Positions 41,052 to 49,867 of a DNA stretch of 58,146 nt are shown piece by piece. Made by a program: the position numbers and the translations under genes. Source of the DNA: a bacterium (lineage in GTDB: Bacteria > JAUVQV01 > DATDCY01); assembly GCA_036524115.1 (NCBI GenBank), contig DATDCY010000279.1, positions 1 to 58,146 of the forward strand, in the 5' to 3' direction. The notes under the pieces are model-generated. The model was not told the DNA's origin. It saw only the letters and a list, made by a program, of their open reading frames with translations, and did no database searches. How positions within the stretch are numbered: position 1 is the stretch's first letter; each line of letters starts with the position of its first letter.

Positions 41052-42650
41052 GTGCGTCGCGGCGCCCTCTGCCTGGTCCTCACCGCGGCGACCTTCGCGA
41101 TCTTCTCCCGCACCGGCGCCAACGAGTTCCTCCTCTACGACGACGCCCAGTACGTCGTCATGAACCCGCGCGTCGCCGGCGGACTCTCTGCGGCGGGAGT
41201 GCGCTGGGCCTTCACGGAATTCCACGCCTACAACTGGCACCCGCTGACGTGGCTCTCGCACATGCTCGACGCGCAGCTCTTCGGCGGCGACCCGCGCGGC
41301 CCGCACCTCGTCAACGCCGGCCTGCACGCGGCCGCGGCGGTGCTGCTGTTCCTCGCCCTGGAGGCGGCGACGGGCGCGCTGGCGGCGCCGGCCTTCGTCG
41401 CGGGCGCGTTCGCCCTGCACCCGCTGCACGTCCAGTCGGTGGCGTGGGCGGCCGAGCGCAAGGACGTGCTCTCGGCCCTCTTCTGGTTCGCGGCCCTGCT
41501 CGCCTGGGTACGCTACGCGCGCCGGCCCGGCCTCGCGCGCTACCTCGCGGCCGTTGCCCTCTTCTCGCTGGGGCTGCTCTCGAAGCCGATGGTCGTGACG
41601 CTGCCGCTCGTGCTGCTGCTCCTGGACTTCTGGCCGCTTGGACGCGCGCCCGGCTTCCCGAAACCGCGGGCGCGAGCCGGCGGGGACGGCAGCTGCCCGG
41701 CCTGGGGTCGCCTCGTCCTGGAGAAGGCGCCGCTCGCGGCGCTCGCCGCGGCGGCGGCCCTGCTGGCGTTGCGCGCCCAGGCCGCGGGCGGGTCGATCAA
41801 CCGCCTGTACCCGGCGTCGCTCCGGGCGGAGAACGCCCTGGTCTCGCTCGTCGCCTACCTCGGCGGGGCGCTCTGGCCCGCCGGCCTCGCCGTCCACTAT
41901 CCCTACCCCGTCGACGGCATCCCGTGGTGGGGCGCCGCCGGCGCCGCCCTCCTGCTGGCGGGGGTCACGGCGGCCGCGGCGCGCCGGCTGCGCGACGCGC
42001 CCTGGATGGCCACGGGCTGGGGCTGGTACCTGGTGACGCTGCTGCCGGTCATCGGGATCGTCCAGGTCGGCAACCAGGCCAGGGCCGACCGCTACACCTA
42101 CCTGCCGCTGACAGGCGTCTTCCTGGCCGTCGCGTGGGGCTGCGGCGGCGTCGCGCGGCGATTCCGCCGTGGCCGCGCCGTCGCCGCCGCCGCGTGCGCC
42201 CTGCTGGCGGCGTGGGCCGCCGCCTCGTGGGCGCAGATCGGCTACTGGCACGACGGCGTCACACTCTTCACCCGCTCGCTCGCGGTCACGCGGGACAACG
42301 GCGACGCGCGCTACCAGCTGGGGCAGGCCCTGCTGCGCCAGGGGAGGTTCCCCGAGGCGCTGGCCCAGTTGACGCGGTCCGTGGAGCTGAACCCCGCGGA
42401 CCCGCACGCGCAGAACGACCTCGGGGTGGCGCTCTCGCGCACGGGAGGCCGCGCGGCCGCGGTCGCGGCGTTCAGGCGCGCCATCGAGCTCTCGCCGACG
42501 TACGCGGACCCGTACCTGAACCTCGCGACGGCGCTCCTTTCGCTGGGCGAGCGGACGCAGGCGCTCTCGGTCTGGCGGGAGCTGCGCGCGGTGGACCCCG
42601 AGGCCGCGGAGCGCCTCGCGCCGTTCGTCGGCGCGGGGGGGGCGCCGTGA
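41052..42650 (+). CDS. TMTC/DUF1736-like GT-C + TPR protein (paralog c)
   Basis: GTG 41052. YDDAQY, NWHPLTWLSHMLD, HPLHVQSVAWAAERKDVL and LLLLDFWPLGR, with C-terminal TPRs. Confidence 0.8.
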   Translation: MRRGALCLVLTAATFAIFSRTGANEFLLYDDAQYVVMNPRVAGGLSAAGVRWAFTEFHAYNWHPLTWLSHMLDAQLFGGDPRGPHLVNAGLHAAAAVLLFLALEAATGALAAPAFVAGAFALHPLHVQSVAWAAERKDVLSALFWFAALLAWVRYARRPGLARYLAAVALFSLGLLSKPMVVTLPLVLLLLDFWPLGRAPGFPKPRARAGGDGSCPAWGRLVLEKAPLAALAAAAALLALRAQAAGGSINRLYPASLRAENALVSLVAYLGGALWPAGLAVHYPYPVDGIPWWGAAGAALLLAGVTAAAARRLRDAPWMATGWGWYLVTLLPVIGIVQVGNQARADRYTYLPLTGVFLAVAWGCGGVARRFRRGRAVAAAACALLAAWAAASWAQIGYWHDGVTLFTRSLAVTRDNGDARYQLGQALLRQGRFPEALAQLTRSVELNPADPHAQNDLGVALSRTGGRAAAVAAFRRAIELSPTYADPYLNLATALLSLGERTQALSVWRELRAVDPEAAERLAPFVGAGGAP

Positions 42651-44203
42651 GAGCCGCGCCGGCCGCCGGCGCGGCGCTGCTGCTGCTGGTGCTGGTGCTC
42701 GTCTGCTTCCTGCCCGTCCTGGACAACGGCTTCGTCAACTACGACGACGACAAGTACGTCACGGCCAACGCGAACCTGGACGCGGGGGCGGCGCACATCG
42801 CCCGCTGGGCGTTCACCGGCTTCACCGCGTCCAACTGGCACCCGCTCACCTGGCTCTCGCACGCGCTCGACGTCGCCCTCTTCGGCAGGGTGCCGCGCTG
42901 GCACCACCTCGTCAGCCTCCTGCTCCACGTCGCGAACACGCTGGCGCTCTTCCTGCTGCTGCGCCGGCTGACCGGGGCGGTCTGGAGCAGCGCCTTCGCG
43001 GCGGGGGTCTTCGGCGTCCACCCGCTGCACGTCGAGTCCGTCGCCTGGGTGGCCGAGCGCAAGGACCTGCTCGCCGGGCTTTGCCTGTGGCTGGCGCTCC
43101 TGGCGTACCGGCGCTATCTGGCGCGCAAGAGCGCGCCGCGCTACCTCGCCGTGCTGCTCCTGCACGGGCTCGGGCTGATGGCGAAGCCGATGCTGGTGAC
43201 CCTGCCCGCCGTGCTGCTGCTGCTCGATTTCTGGCCGCTCGGGAGGCTGCGCCCGGGCGCGGCGTCGGGCGGCGGCGCCGGTGGCCGCGAGCCGCCGGCA
43301 CGGGTGCTCGCGGAGAAGCTCCCCTTCCTCGCGCTGTCGGTCGCGTCGGTCGCCGTGACGCTCGTGGCGCAGGCCCGGGGCGGGGCGATGAAGAGCCTCG
43401 AGGAGTACCCCCTCGCGCAGCGCGCCGGCAACGCGCTGGTCAGCCTGGCGCGCTATCTCGACAAGGCGCTCTGGCCGCGCGACCTCGCCGTCTTCTACCC
43501 GCACCCGGGCGCAGCGCTCGGCACGGCGGCGGTCCTTGCGGCCGCGGCGGCGCTCGTCGCCGTCACGCTCATGGCCGTGCGCGGCGCGCGCAGCCGGCCG
43601 CACCTGGCCGCCGGATGGCTCTGGTACCTGGTCACGCTCTCGCCGGTGCTGGGCGTCGTCCAGGTCGGTGCGCAGGCGATGGCGGATCGCTACATGTACA
43701 TCCCGCTCGCGGGGCCGGCGATCGCCGCCGCCTGGTGGCTCGCCGCCGCGGTGCGGCGCAGCAGGCACGGCGAAGCGCTGGCCGCCGCGGCGTGCACGGC
43801 GATCCTCCTCGTCCTCGGCGCCCAGGCGCGCAGCCAGGTCGGCGTCTGGCGCTCGAGCGTCACGCTCTTCGAGCACGCCCTGGTCGCGACGCGCGAGAAC
43901 TACGTGGCGCACGACAACCTGGCCGTCGCCCTCGCCGAGGCAGGGCGCACGCGCGAGGCGCTGCTCCACGCCCTGCAGGCCCAGCGCATCCGACCCGACC
44001 GGGAGCCGGGGCGCTACCTGGACCTCGCCCGCGCGCTGATGGGGCAGCGGTTGTACCCGGAGGCGGTGGAGGCCCTCGGGATCGCCCAGCGCATGCTGCC
44101 GGGCGACGACCAGGTCCGCCAGCTCATGGTCGTGGCGCGCGCGACGGCACTGAGGCATGCGCCCGCCGGCCCGCCCGTCTCGCCTGCCCCGCCGGGCCGC
44201 TGA
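42647..44203 (+). CDS. TMTC/DUF1736-like GT-C + TPR protein (paralog d)
   Basis: GTG 42647 overlaps the upstream stop (GTGA). YDDDKY, NWHPLTWLSHALD, HPLHVESVAWVAERKDLL and LLLLDFWPLGR, with C-terminal TPRs. Confidence 0.8.
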   Translation: MRAAPAAGAALLLLVLVLVCFLPVLDNGFVNYDDDKYVTANANLDAGAAHIARWAFTGFTASNWHPLTWLSHALDVALFGRVPRWHHLVSLLLHVANTLALFLLLRRLTGAVWSSAFAAGVFGVHPLHVESVAWVAERKDLLAGLCLWLALLAYRRYLARKSAPRYLAVLLLHGLGLMAKPMLVTLPAVLLLLDFWPLGRLRPGAASGGGAGGREPPARVLAEKLPFLALSVASVAVTLVAQARGGAMKSLEEYPLAQRAGNALVSLARYLDKALWPRDLAVFYPHPGAALGTAAVLAAAAALVAVTLMAVRGARSRPHLAAGWLWYLVTLSPVLGVVQVGAQAMADRYMYIPLAGPAIAAAWWLAAAVRRSRHGEALAAAACTAILLVLGAQARSQVGVWRSSVTLFEHALVATRENYVAHDNLAVALAEAGRTREALLHALQAQRIRPDREPGRYLDLARALMGQRLYPEAVEALGIAQRMLPGDDQVRQLMVVARATALRHAPAGPPVSPAPPGR

Positions 44204-44295
44204 CGCCAACGGCCGCGGCGGAACGCTTGACGAATGCACCGGCGGCTTCTACCTTCCGGGGAGGTCCGCCGCCGGCCGGGAGGTGATCCTTCAGA

Positions 44296-46350
44296 GTGCC
44301 TGTTCCGTCGAAGAAGCCTGCGAGAGCGCCCTCTGGCCCGTCGGGCCTGGCGCGCGTCGCCGTCGCCGCCCACTGCCTCGTCGTCGCCGTGGCGGCGGTG
44401 CTCGCCCTCTGGCGACCCGCGCCGGTCGAGGAACGCATCGAGGGCCCGCTCCTCGACCTGCGCTTCCACGCGCGCAACGCCTGGTGGCAGCTCACGGGGG
44501 CCGACGCCGACTGGCGCCGGCGGCCGCGCGCGGGCGGCGGCTCGGCGACCCAGTCCCCGCGCGTCGTCGTCGTCGCGATCGACAAGGCGAGCGAGGACCG
44601 CTACGGCGCCTGGCCCTGGCACTCCGTGCGCATCAGCGCGCTGCTCCAGAGGATCGCCGGCGGCGGGCCGCGGGCGATCGCGCTCGCGCTCGCCCCGCCC
44701 GGGGAGGGCGAGCCGTGGGAGGACCGCAGCTTCGTCGAGGCGCTCTCGGGGCTGCGCGGCCGGATCGCGGTCGGCGTCGACTTCAGGACCGGGACGGCGC
44801 GCGCGGGCGAGGACCCGGCATGGCTCGGCGAGTCGGTGATCACGCGCGTCGAGCAGCCGCGGCTGCTCGAGCCGCTGGAGGCCGCGGGCCCGCTGCCGGG
44901 GTACGGGCCGGCCGCGCGGGCCGCGTCGGTGGGTCACGCGCGCTACGAGCGCGACGGCAGGGGCGTGGCGCGCCGGGAGATCCTCTACCTGCGCTACGAC
45001 GGCGCCTTGGTCCCGTCGCTCGCCCTGCAGGCCGCGCGCCTCGCCGAGGGGCTGCCGGCCGGCGCGGTGGGGATCCGCGGAGACGGGTCTGTCTCGTTGG
45101 GCGGCACGACGATCCCCGCCGACCGGCGCGGGCGGCTCACCGTCAACTACTACGGCCCCGAGGGGTCGCTGCCGCGATACGCGGCGACGGCGGTCCTCGA
45201 GGGCGACACGGACCCCGGCGCCTTCGAGGGCGCGGTCGTCTTCGTCGGCACGACCGGCATCGCCTCGTACGACCTCGTCGGGACCCCGTTCACGGACGAG
45301 CTGCCCGACGTGGAGCGCAGCGCCACCGTCGCGGCGAACATCCTCCGCCGCGACTTCCGCCGCGAGGCCTCCCCGGGCCTCAACGTCCTGGTGGTGCTCG
45401 CCGCGGGCGCCGCTGTCCCCCTGCTCTGCCGCGGGCGCCGCGGCGCGCTCTCGCTGCTGGCCCTGGCCGCGCTGGCGGCGGCGCTCGCCGCCGGCGCCAC
45501 CGGGCTCTTCCTGCGCGGGGTCGACGTGGCGCTGTGCTATCCGCTCGCGCTCGTCCTGGCCACCGGTGGCGCGACCGTCGCGCGCCAGTTCCAGGCGCAG
45601 CGGCGGGTTGCGCGCCGCATGCGGGGGCTGTTCTCGAGCTACGTCACCGAGCGCGTCGTCGAGCGGCTCATCGCGGACCCGGCGATGGCGCGGCTCGGCG
45701 GGGAGCGCCGCGAGGTGTCCATCCTCTTCGCGGACATCCGGGGCTTCACCGGCTTCTCCGAGAAACACCCGCCCGAGCGCGTCGTCGCGACGCTCAACGA
45801 GTACCTCGGGGCCATGACCGAGGTCGTCTTCCGCTGGGAGGGGACCCTCGACAAGTTCATCGGGGACACCATCCTCGCCTTCTGGGGCGCGCCGCTGCCG
45901 CAGGAGGACCACGCCGAGCGCGCGCTGCGCTGCGCCCTGCACCTGTGCTCCCGGCTCGACCGGCTCAACGCCGCGTGGACCGCGGCGGGACGGCCTCCGC
46001 TCGAGATCGGCATCGGGGTGACCAGCGGCACCGTGCTCGTGGGCAACATCGGCGCCGAGGGCAAGAAGATGGACTACACCGTCATCGGCGACCAGGTGAA
46101 CCTCTGCTCGCGCGTCGAGGAGCTGACGAAGCCGCTGCGCGCCCGGATCCTCATCGCGGCGGGCACGTTCGAACGCCTGCGACCGCTGCTCGCAGGCCGG
46201 GGCTTCGGGCACGTCGTCCTCGAGGGCCCCGTGCAGGTCGCCGTCAAGGGCAGGGAGGAAGCCGTCGGCGTCTACCGCGTCACGCCGCGGGACCACGGCG
46301 AGCCGTCCGAGGTCATCGGCGGGGGCGACGTGCCGCAACCCGGGGGGTGA
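44296..46350 (+). CDS. CHASE2 sensor domain-containing class III adenylate/guanylate cyclase
   Basis: CHASE2-like VVVVAIDKASEDRYGAWPWHSVRISALL, then a TM cluster. Cyclase core VSILFADIRGFTGFSE...GDTILAFWGAP...IGIGVTSGTVLVGNIG...YTVIGDQVNLCSRVE. Confidence 0.85.
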   Translation: MPVPSKKPARAPSGPSGLARVAVAAHCLVVAVAAVLALWRPAPVEERIEGPLLDLRFHARNAWWQLTGADADWRRRPRAGGGSATQSPRVVVVAIDKASEDRYGAWPWHSVRISALLQRIAGGGPRAIALALAPPGEGEPWEDRSFVEALSGLRGRIAVGVDFRTGTARAGEDPAWLGESVITRVEQPRLLEPLEAAGPLPGYGPAARAASVGHARYERDGRGVARREILYLRYDGALVPSLALQAARLAEGLPAGAVGIRGDGSVSLGGTTIPADRRGRLTVNYYGPEGSLPRYAATAVLEGDTDPGAFEGAVVFVGTTGIASYDLVGTPFTDELPDVERSATVAANILRRDFRREASPGLNVLVVLAAGAAVPLLCRGRRGALSLLALAALAAALAAGATGLFLRGVDVALCYPLALVLATGGATVARQFQAQRRVARRMRGLFSSYVTERVVERLIADPAMARLGGERREVSILFADIRGFTGFSEKHPPERVVATLNEYLGAMTEVVFRWEGTLDKFIGDTILAFWGAPLPQEDHAERALRCALHLCSRLDRLNAAWTAAGRPPLEIGIGVTSGTVLVGNIGAEGKKMDYTVIGDQVNLCSRVEELTKPLRARILIAAGTFERLRPLLAGRGFGHVVLEGPVQVAVKGREEAVGVYRVTPRDHGEPSEVIGGGDVPQPGG

Positions 46351-46385
46351 GGGCCCGCTTCCGCTTTGTCTTCGCCTGGCGCCTG

Positions 46386-46394
46386 TGCTACGGT
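46386..46394 (+). promoter_or_regulatory. possible extended -10 (TGCTACGGT) for the DsbC-like gene
   Basis: Lies 41 nt upstream of ATG 46435. It shares the GTGCTAYRNT pattern seen at three other promoter positions in the window. Confidence 0.35.
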
Positions 46395-46434
46395 ACGGGC
46401 AGTGTCTTTCCGACAACGAAGGAGGCAACCGACC

Positions 46435-47256
46435 ATGCTTGAGACTCGCCCCGCCGCGCGACGCACGTTGATCGCGCTCCTGCCGGCCCTGGCCATGCCC
46501 GCCGTGGCCGCCGCCCAGTGCCCGTCCGCCGAGCAGGTGAACGCCAATATTCTCGAGGTCTTCAAGCGCCCGGGGATCGAGGTCAGGAAGGTCTCCCCCT
46601 CGCCCGCCAAGGGCCTGTGCGAGGTCATCGTCTACTTCCAGGGCAAACCGAACGCGCTCTACGTCGACGCGGCCGGCGGCTTCTTCGTCACCGGCCACCT
46701 CATCGACGTCAAGAACGGCAGGGACGTCACCGAGGAGACGCTCTCCGCGCTCAACAGCCTTTCCCCCGAGGACATGAAGAAGGTCGAGGGCCTGGTCGCG
46801 ATGACGGTCGGCACGAAGGGGCCGGTCGTCTACTTCGTGACCGACCCCCAGTGACCGTACTGCAAGAGGGCCGGTGCGGCCCTCAGGGAGCTGGCCGACA
46901 AGGGCGAGGTGCAGGTGAAGGTGCTGCTCTTCCCGCTGGCAATGCACAAGGGCGCGCGCGAGCAGTGCGTCGCGGCGTACTGCGACAAGAAGAGCTTCGA
47001 GGAGCTCGAGAACGGCTACACGTCCGACAACCAGTGCGCGGCGGGGGCGAAGCTCGTCGACGACACCATCGCCCTGCTCTCGTCGAAGGGGGTCTCCGGG
47101 ACGCCGACGTACCTCTTTGCGGACGGGCGCTACCAGTCGGGCGTGCTCGAGGCTGACGGCCTGCGCCAGCGCCTCGGGCTCGCGACGGCGCCCAAGCCCC
47201 CCGCCGAGGGGGCGCCCCCGGCGCCGAAGAAGCCGGCCGCCCCGCCGAAGAAGTAA
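46435..47256 (+). CDS. DsbC/DsbG-like thiol:disulfide isomerase with in-frame UGA (predicted selenocysteine) in a U-P-Y-C redox motif
   Basis: ATG 46435 follows GAAGGAGG. There is a signal peptide and a DsbC N-terminal-like domain. ORFs 46366..46854 and 46909..47256 share one frame and are split only by TGA 46852-46854, giving FVTDPQ-U-PYCKR. The downstream part carries the cis-Pro loop SGTPTYLF. Confidence 0.8.
46866..46884 (+). promoter_or_regulatory. SECIS-like stem-loop
   Basis: GAGGGCC-GGUGC-GGCCCUC, a perfect 7-bp stem that starts 11 nt after the UGA and has G/U in the apical loop. Confidence 0.6.
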
Positions 47257-47266
47257 CCGGCGACGG

Positions 47267-47285
47267 CGCGGCCGCGGCGGCCGCG
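47267..47285. terminator. GC hairpin between convergent genes (possible bidirectional terminator)
   Basis: CGCGGCCG-CGG-CGGCCGCG lies between stop 47256 (+) and stop 47288 (-). There is no U-tract. Confidence 0.35.
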
Positions 47286-47287
47286 AT

Positions 47288-49852
47288 TCAGAGAAGCCGC
47301 GCGAGGGCCTCCTCGAACGCCCTGATGGTGTAGGGCTTGGGGATGAACGCGGCGAAGCCCGCCCCCGGCCAGTCGGCGACGGCGGGGTGGTCCACGTGCC
47401 CGCTCGAGAGCGCCGCGCGCACCCCCGGGTCGATCTCGCGCAGCCGCGCGAGCGCCTCGGGCCCGCCGAGGCCGCCGGGGACCGTCAGGTCGAGCACGAC
47501 GGCGTCGAACGACCGCCCCGCCTCGAGCGCGATCTGGTACTGCACGATGGCCTCTGCGCCCGAGCGCGCCAGCGTCGCTGCGTAACCCAGGCGCCGGAGC
47601 ACCGCGCCCGCCATGTCGAGGACCAGCGGCTCGTCGTCCATCACGAGCACGCGCCCCTTCGCGGGCCCCTCCGGCGCGCGCTCCTCCGGCCCGGAAATGG
47701 ACTGCCCCCCCGGCCCGCCCGCGCCCTCCGGCGCCGGCTCCTCGTCCTCCTCCTCTTCCTCGTCCGGCTCGCGGGCAGACTCCGGCAGGTAGACCGAGAC
47801 CGTCGTGCCCGTGGCGGGGCTGGACTCCGCGGTCATCGTCCCGCCGTGGTTGCGCACGATCGAGAAGCTGACGGCCAGACCGAGCCCGCGGCCCTTCACG
47901 GTGTCCATCTCCTTGGTCGAGAAGTAGGGATCGAAGATCCGGGAGAGGTGGTCGCGCTCGATGCCGCTGCCGCAGTCGTGGAAGTCCAGGCGCAGGTAGC
48001 GGCCGGCCGGGAGCCCCTCGATCCCGCCCTCGGCGACCTGGAGGGCACGCGCGCCCACCCGCAGCTCCCCGCCGCCGGGCATCGCCTCGCGCGCGTTCTG
48101 CACGAGGTTGTGGATCACCTGCCGCATCTGCCCCTCGTCGAACTCGACCGCGGGAAGGTCCTCCGGCAGATCGAAGACGCAGGAGACGTTGGACCCGGTC
48201 GCCGCGAACGAGACGGTCTCCCGCAGCGTGCGCGCGATGCTGGCGACGCGCTTGACGGGGTGCCCGCCCTTGGAGAAGGTGATCAGCTGGCGCGTGAGGT
48301 CCCCCGCGCGCAGCGCCGCCTCCGAGGCGTGGTCGAGGGCCTCCGCCGCGTCGGGAATCGTCCCGGCGAAGAGCCGCGCCAGGTCGAGGTTCCCGAGGAT
48401 GATCGTGAGCAGGTTGTTGAAGTCGTGCGCCAGGCCGCCGGCGAGCACGCCGATGGACTCGAGCTTCTGCGCCCGGATCCGCTCCTCCTCGAGGCGGCGC
48501 TGCGCCGCGAGGTCGGTGGTGATGCCGACCATCGCGATGGGGCGGCCCGCGTCGTCGCGGACGAGCGAGGCGGTCAGCCAGAAGGCAGCGCGCTGCCCGT
48601 CCTTCGTCCCGGTAACCTCGCCGGCCCAGGAGCCGGCCCGCATGATCCCGGGCATGATCATGCTCGCGACCCGCTCCGGGAACTGGTGCATCTCGGCCAC
48701 CCCCCTGCCGATGTACGCGCCGGGGTCGGGGCCCCACGTCGTGCGGCCCGCGGGGTTGACGTAGAGGATCCGGCCGTCGAGCCCGACGATGTAGAAGCCC
48801 TCCGCGGCGCCCTCCACCGCCGCGGCGAACAGGCGCAGGCGGTCCTCGTTGCGGGTGCGATCCGTCACGTCGCGCAGCAGGGCGCACGTCCAGAGCCGCC
48901 CGCCGCGCTCCACGGCCGACATCGCCAGCTCCATCGGGAAGCTCTCGCCGTCGCTGCGCCTGCCCTGGGTGACGAGGCGCCGTCCGGCGGGCACGCCCCG
49001 CCCGCCGCCCAGCCATGCGCGGTGCTCTGCGGCCAGGTCCCCGGCCTTGTCCGGGGGGACGAGCAACGCAATGGCCTCGCGCCCGAGCACGTCCGCCGCG
49101 GGGTGACCGAATATCCGCTCCGCCGCCGTGTTCCAGTAGCGCACCCGTCCCTCCGGATCGAGCATCACGATCGCGTCCGGCACCGCCGCGGCGATCGACG
49201 CGAGCAGCCCCTGGCTCTCGCGCAGCTCGGCGTCAGCCCGCGCGCGTCCTGCGGCCTCCGCCTCCAGGCGCGCATGGCTGAGCGTCAGGTCGTGCCGTAG
49301 CGCGATCTCCTGCGCGATGCGCCGCCGGTTCAGCCAGTTCACGAGGACGAGCGCGCCGAGGAACGCCGCGAACAGGACGACCTCCACGGCGGTGGAGCCG
49401 CCGGGAAGCGGCGCGCCGGGGAAGAGCATCGGGCCCACATACGCGGCGAACGTGGCGCCGGCGACCGCGGAGGCGACCGCCGGGCCGGCCGGGACCAGCC
49501 CCAGGACCGTGACCGCCACGAGCACCAGGCCGATCACGTACGGCGACTCATGCCCGCCGAACTCCAGGATCATCGCCTCGAGGACGGCGACGGACGCCAG
49601 CACTCCCAGGAGGATCGCCGCCCGGACCGTCGCCCGGGGCCGCGGCCGTCGCAGGAAGAGCCCCACGGCGACGAGCCAGGCCGAGACCGCGCACCGGTAG
49701 GCGAGGAAGCGCAGCGCGCGCCCCGGGACGGCGTAAAAATCGAGCGGGCCGAGCGCCAGGCACATGGCGGCCCCGATGAAGGCCGTCCGGGCCGCCCACT
49801 CCTGGACGATCCGGTCGAGTTCCCGTCGGACGCCGGCCGACTTCTGTTCCAC
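47288..49852 (-). CDS. membrane-bound hybrid sensor histidine kinase (TM region, PAS domains, HisKA, HATPase, receiver)
   Basis: N-terminal hydrophobic segments. H-box HDFNNLLT and ATPase boxes NLVQNAREAM, DCGSGI and GRGLGLAV. C-terminal receiver VLVMDDE...VVLDLTVPG...IPKP. Confidence 0.85.
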   Translation of the reverse strand: MEQKSAGVRRELDRIVQEWAARTAFIGAAMCLALGPLDFYAVPGRALRFLAYRCAVSAWLVAVGLFLRRPRPRATVRAAILLGVLASVAVLEAMILEFGGHESPYVIGLVLVAVTVLGLVPAGPAVASAVAGATFAAYVGPMLFPGAPLPGGSTAVEVVLFAAFLGALVLVNWLNRRRIAQEIALRHDLTLSHARLEAEAAGRARADAELRESQGLLASIAAAVPDAIVMLDPEGRVRYWNTAAERIFGHPAADVLGREAIALLVPPDKAGDLAAEHRAWLGGGRGVPAGRRLVTQGRRSDGESFPMELAMSAVERGGRLWTCALLRDVTDRTRNEDRLRLFAAAVEGAAEGFYIVGLDGRILYVNPAGRTTWGPDPGAYIGRGVAEMHQFPERVASMIMPGIMRAGSWAGEVTGTKDGQRAAFWLTASLVRDDAGRPIAMVGITTDLAAQRRLEEERIRAQKLESIGVLAGGLAHDFNNLLTIILGNLDLARLFAGTIPDAAEALDHASEAALRAGDLTRQLITFSKGGHPVKRVASIARTLRETVSFAATGSNVSCVFDLPEDLPAVEFDEGQMRQVIHNLVQNAREAMPGGGELRVGARALQVAEGGIEGLPAGRYLRLDFHDCGSGIERDHLSRIFDPYFSTKEMDTVKGRGLGLAVSFSIVRNHGGTMTAESSPATGTTVSVYLPESAREPDEEEEEDEEPAPEGAGGPGGQSISGPEERAPEGPAKGRVLVMDDEPLVLDMAGAVLRRLGYAATLARSGAEAIVQYQIALEAGRSFDAVVLDLTVPGGLGGPEALARLREIDPGVRAALSSGHVDHPAVADWPGAGFAAFIPKPYTIRAFEEALARLL

Positions 49853-49867
49853 GGTCGCTACGGCGGG

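Noticed and set aside
37214-46947. Minus-strand ORFs of 534-977 aa (37214..39133, 39163..40767, 41034..42407, 42311..44239, 44014..46947) opposite the TMTC-like and cyclase genes
   Set aside because: Same reasoning. They are low-complexity Arg/Gly/Glu/Pro-rich, while the plus-strand frames show conserved membrane/TPR and cyclase signatures.
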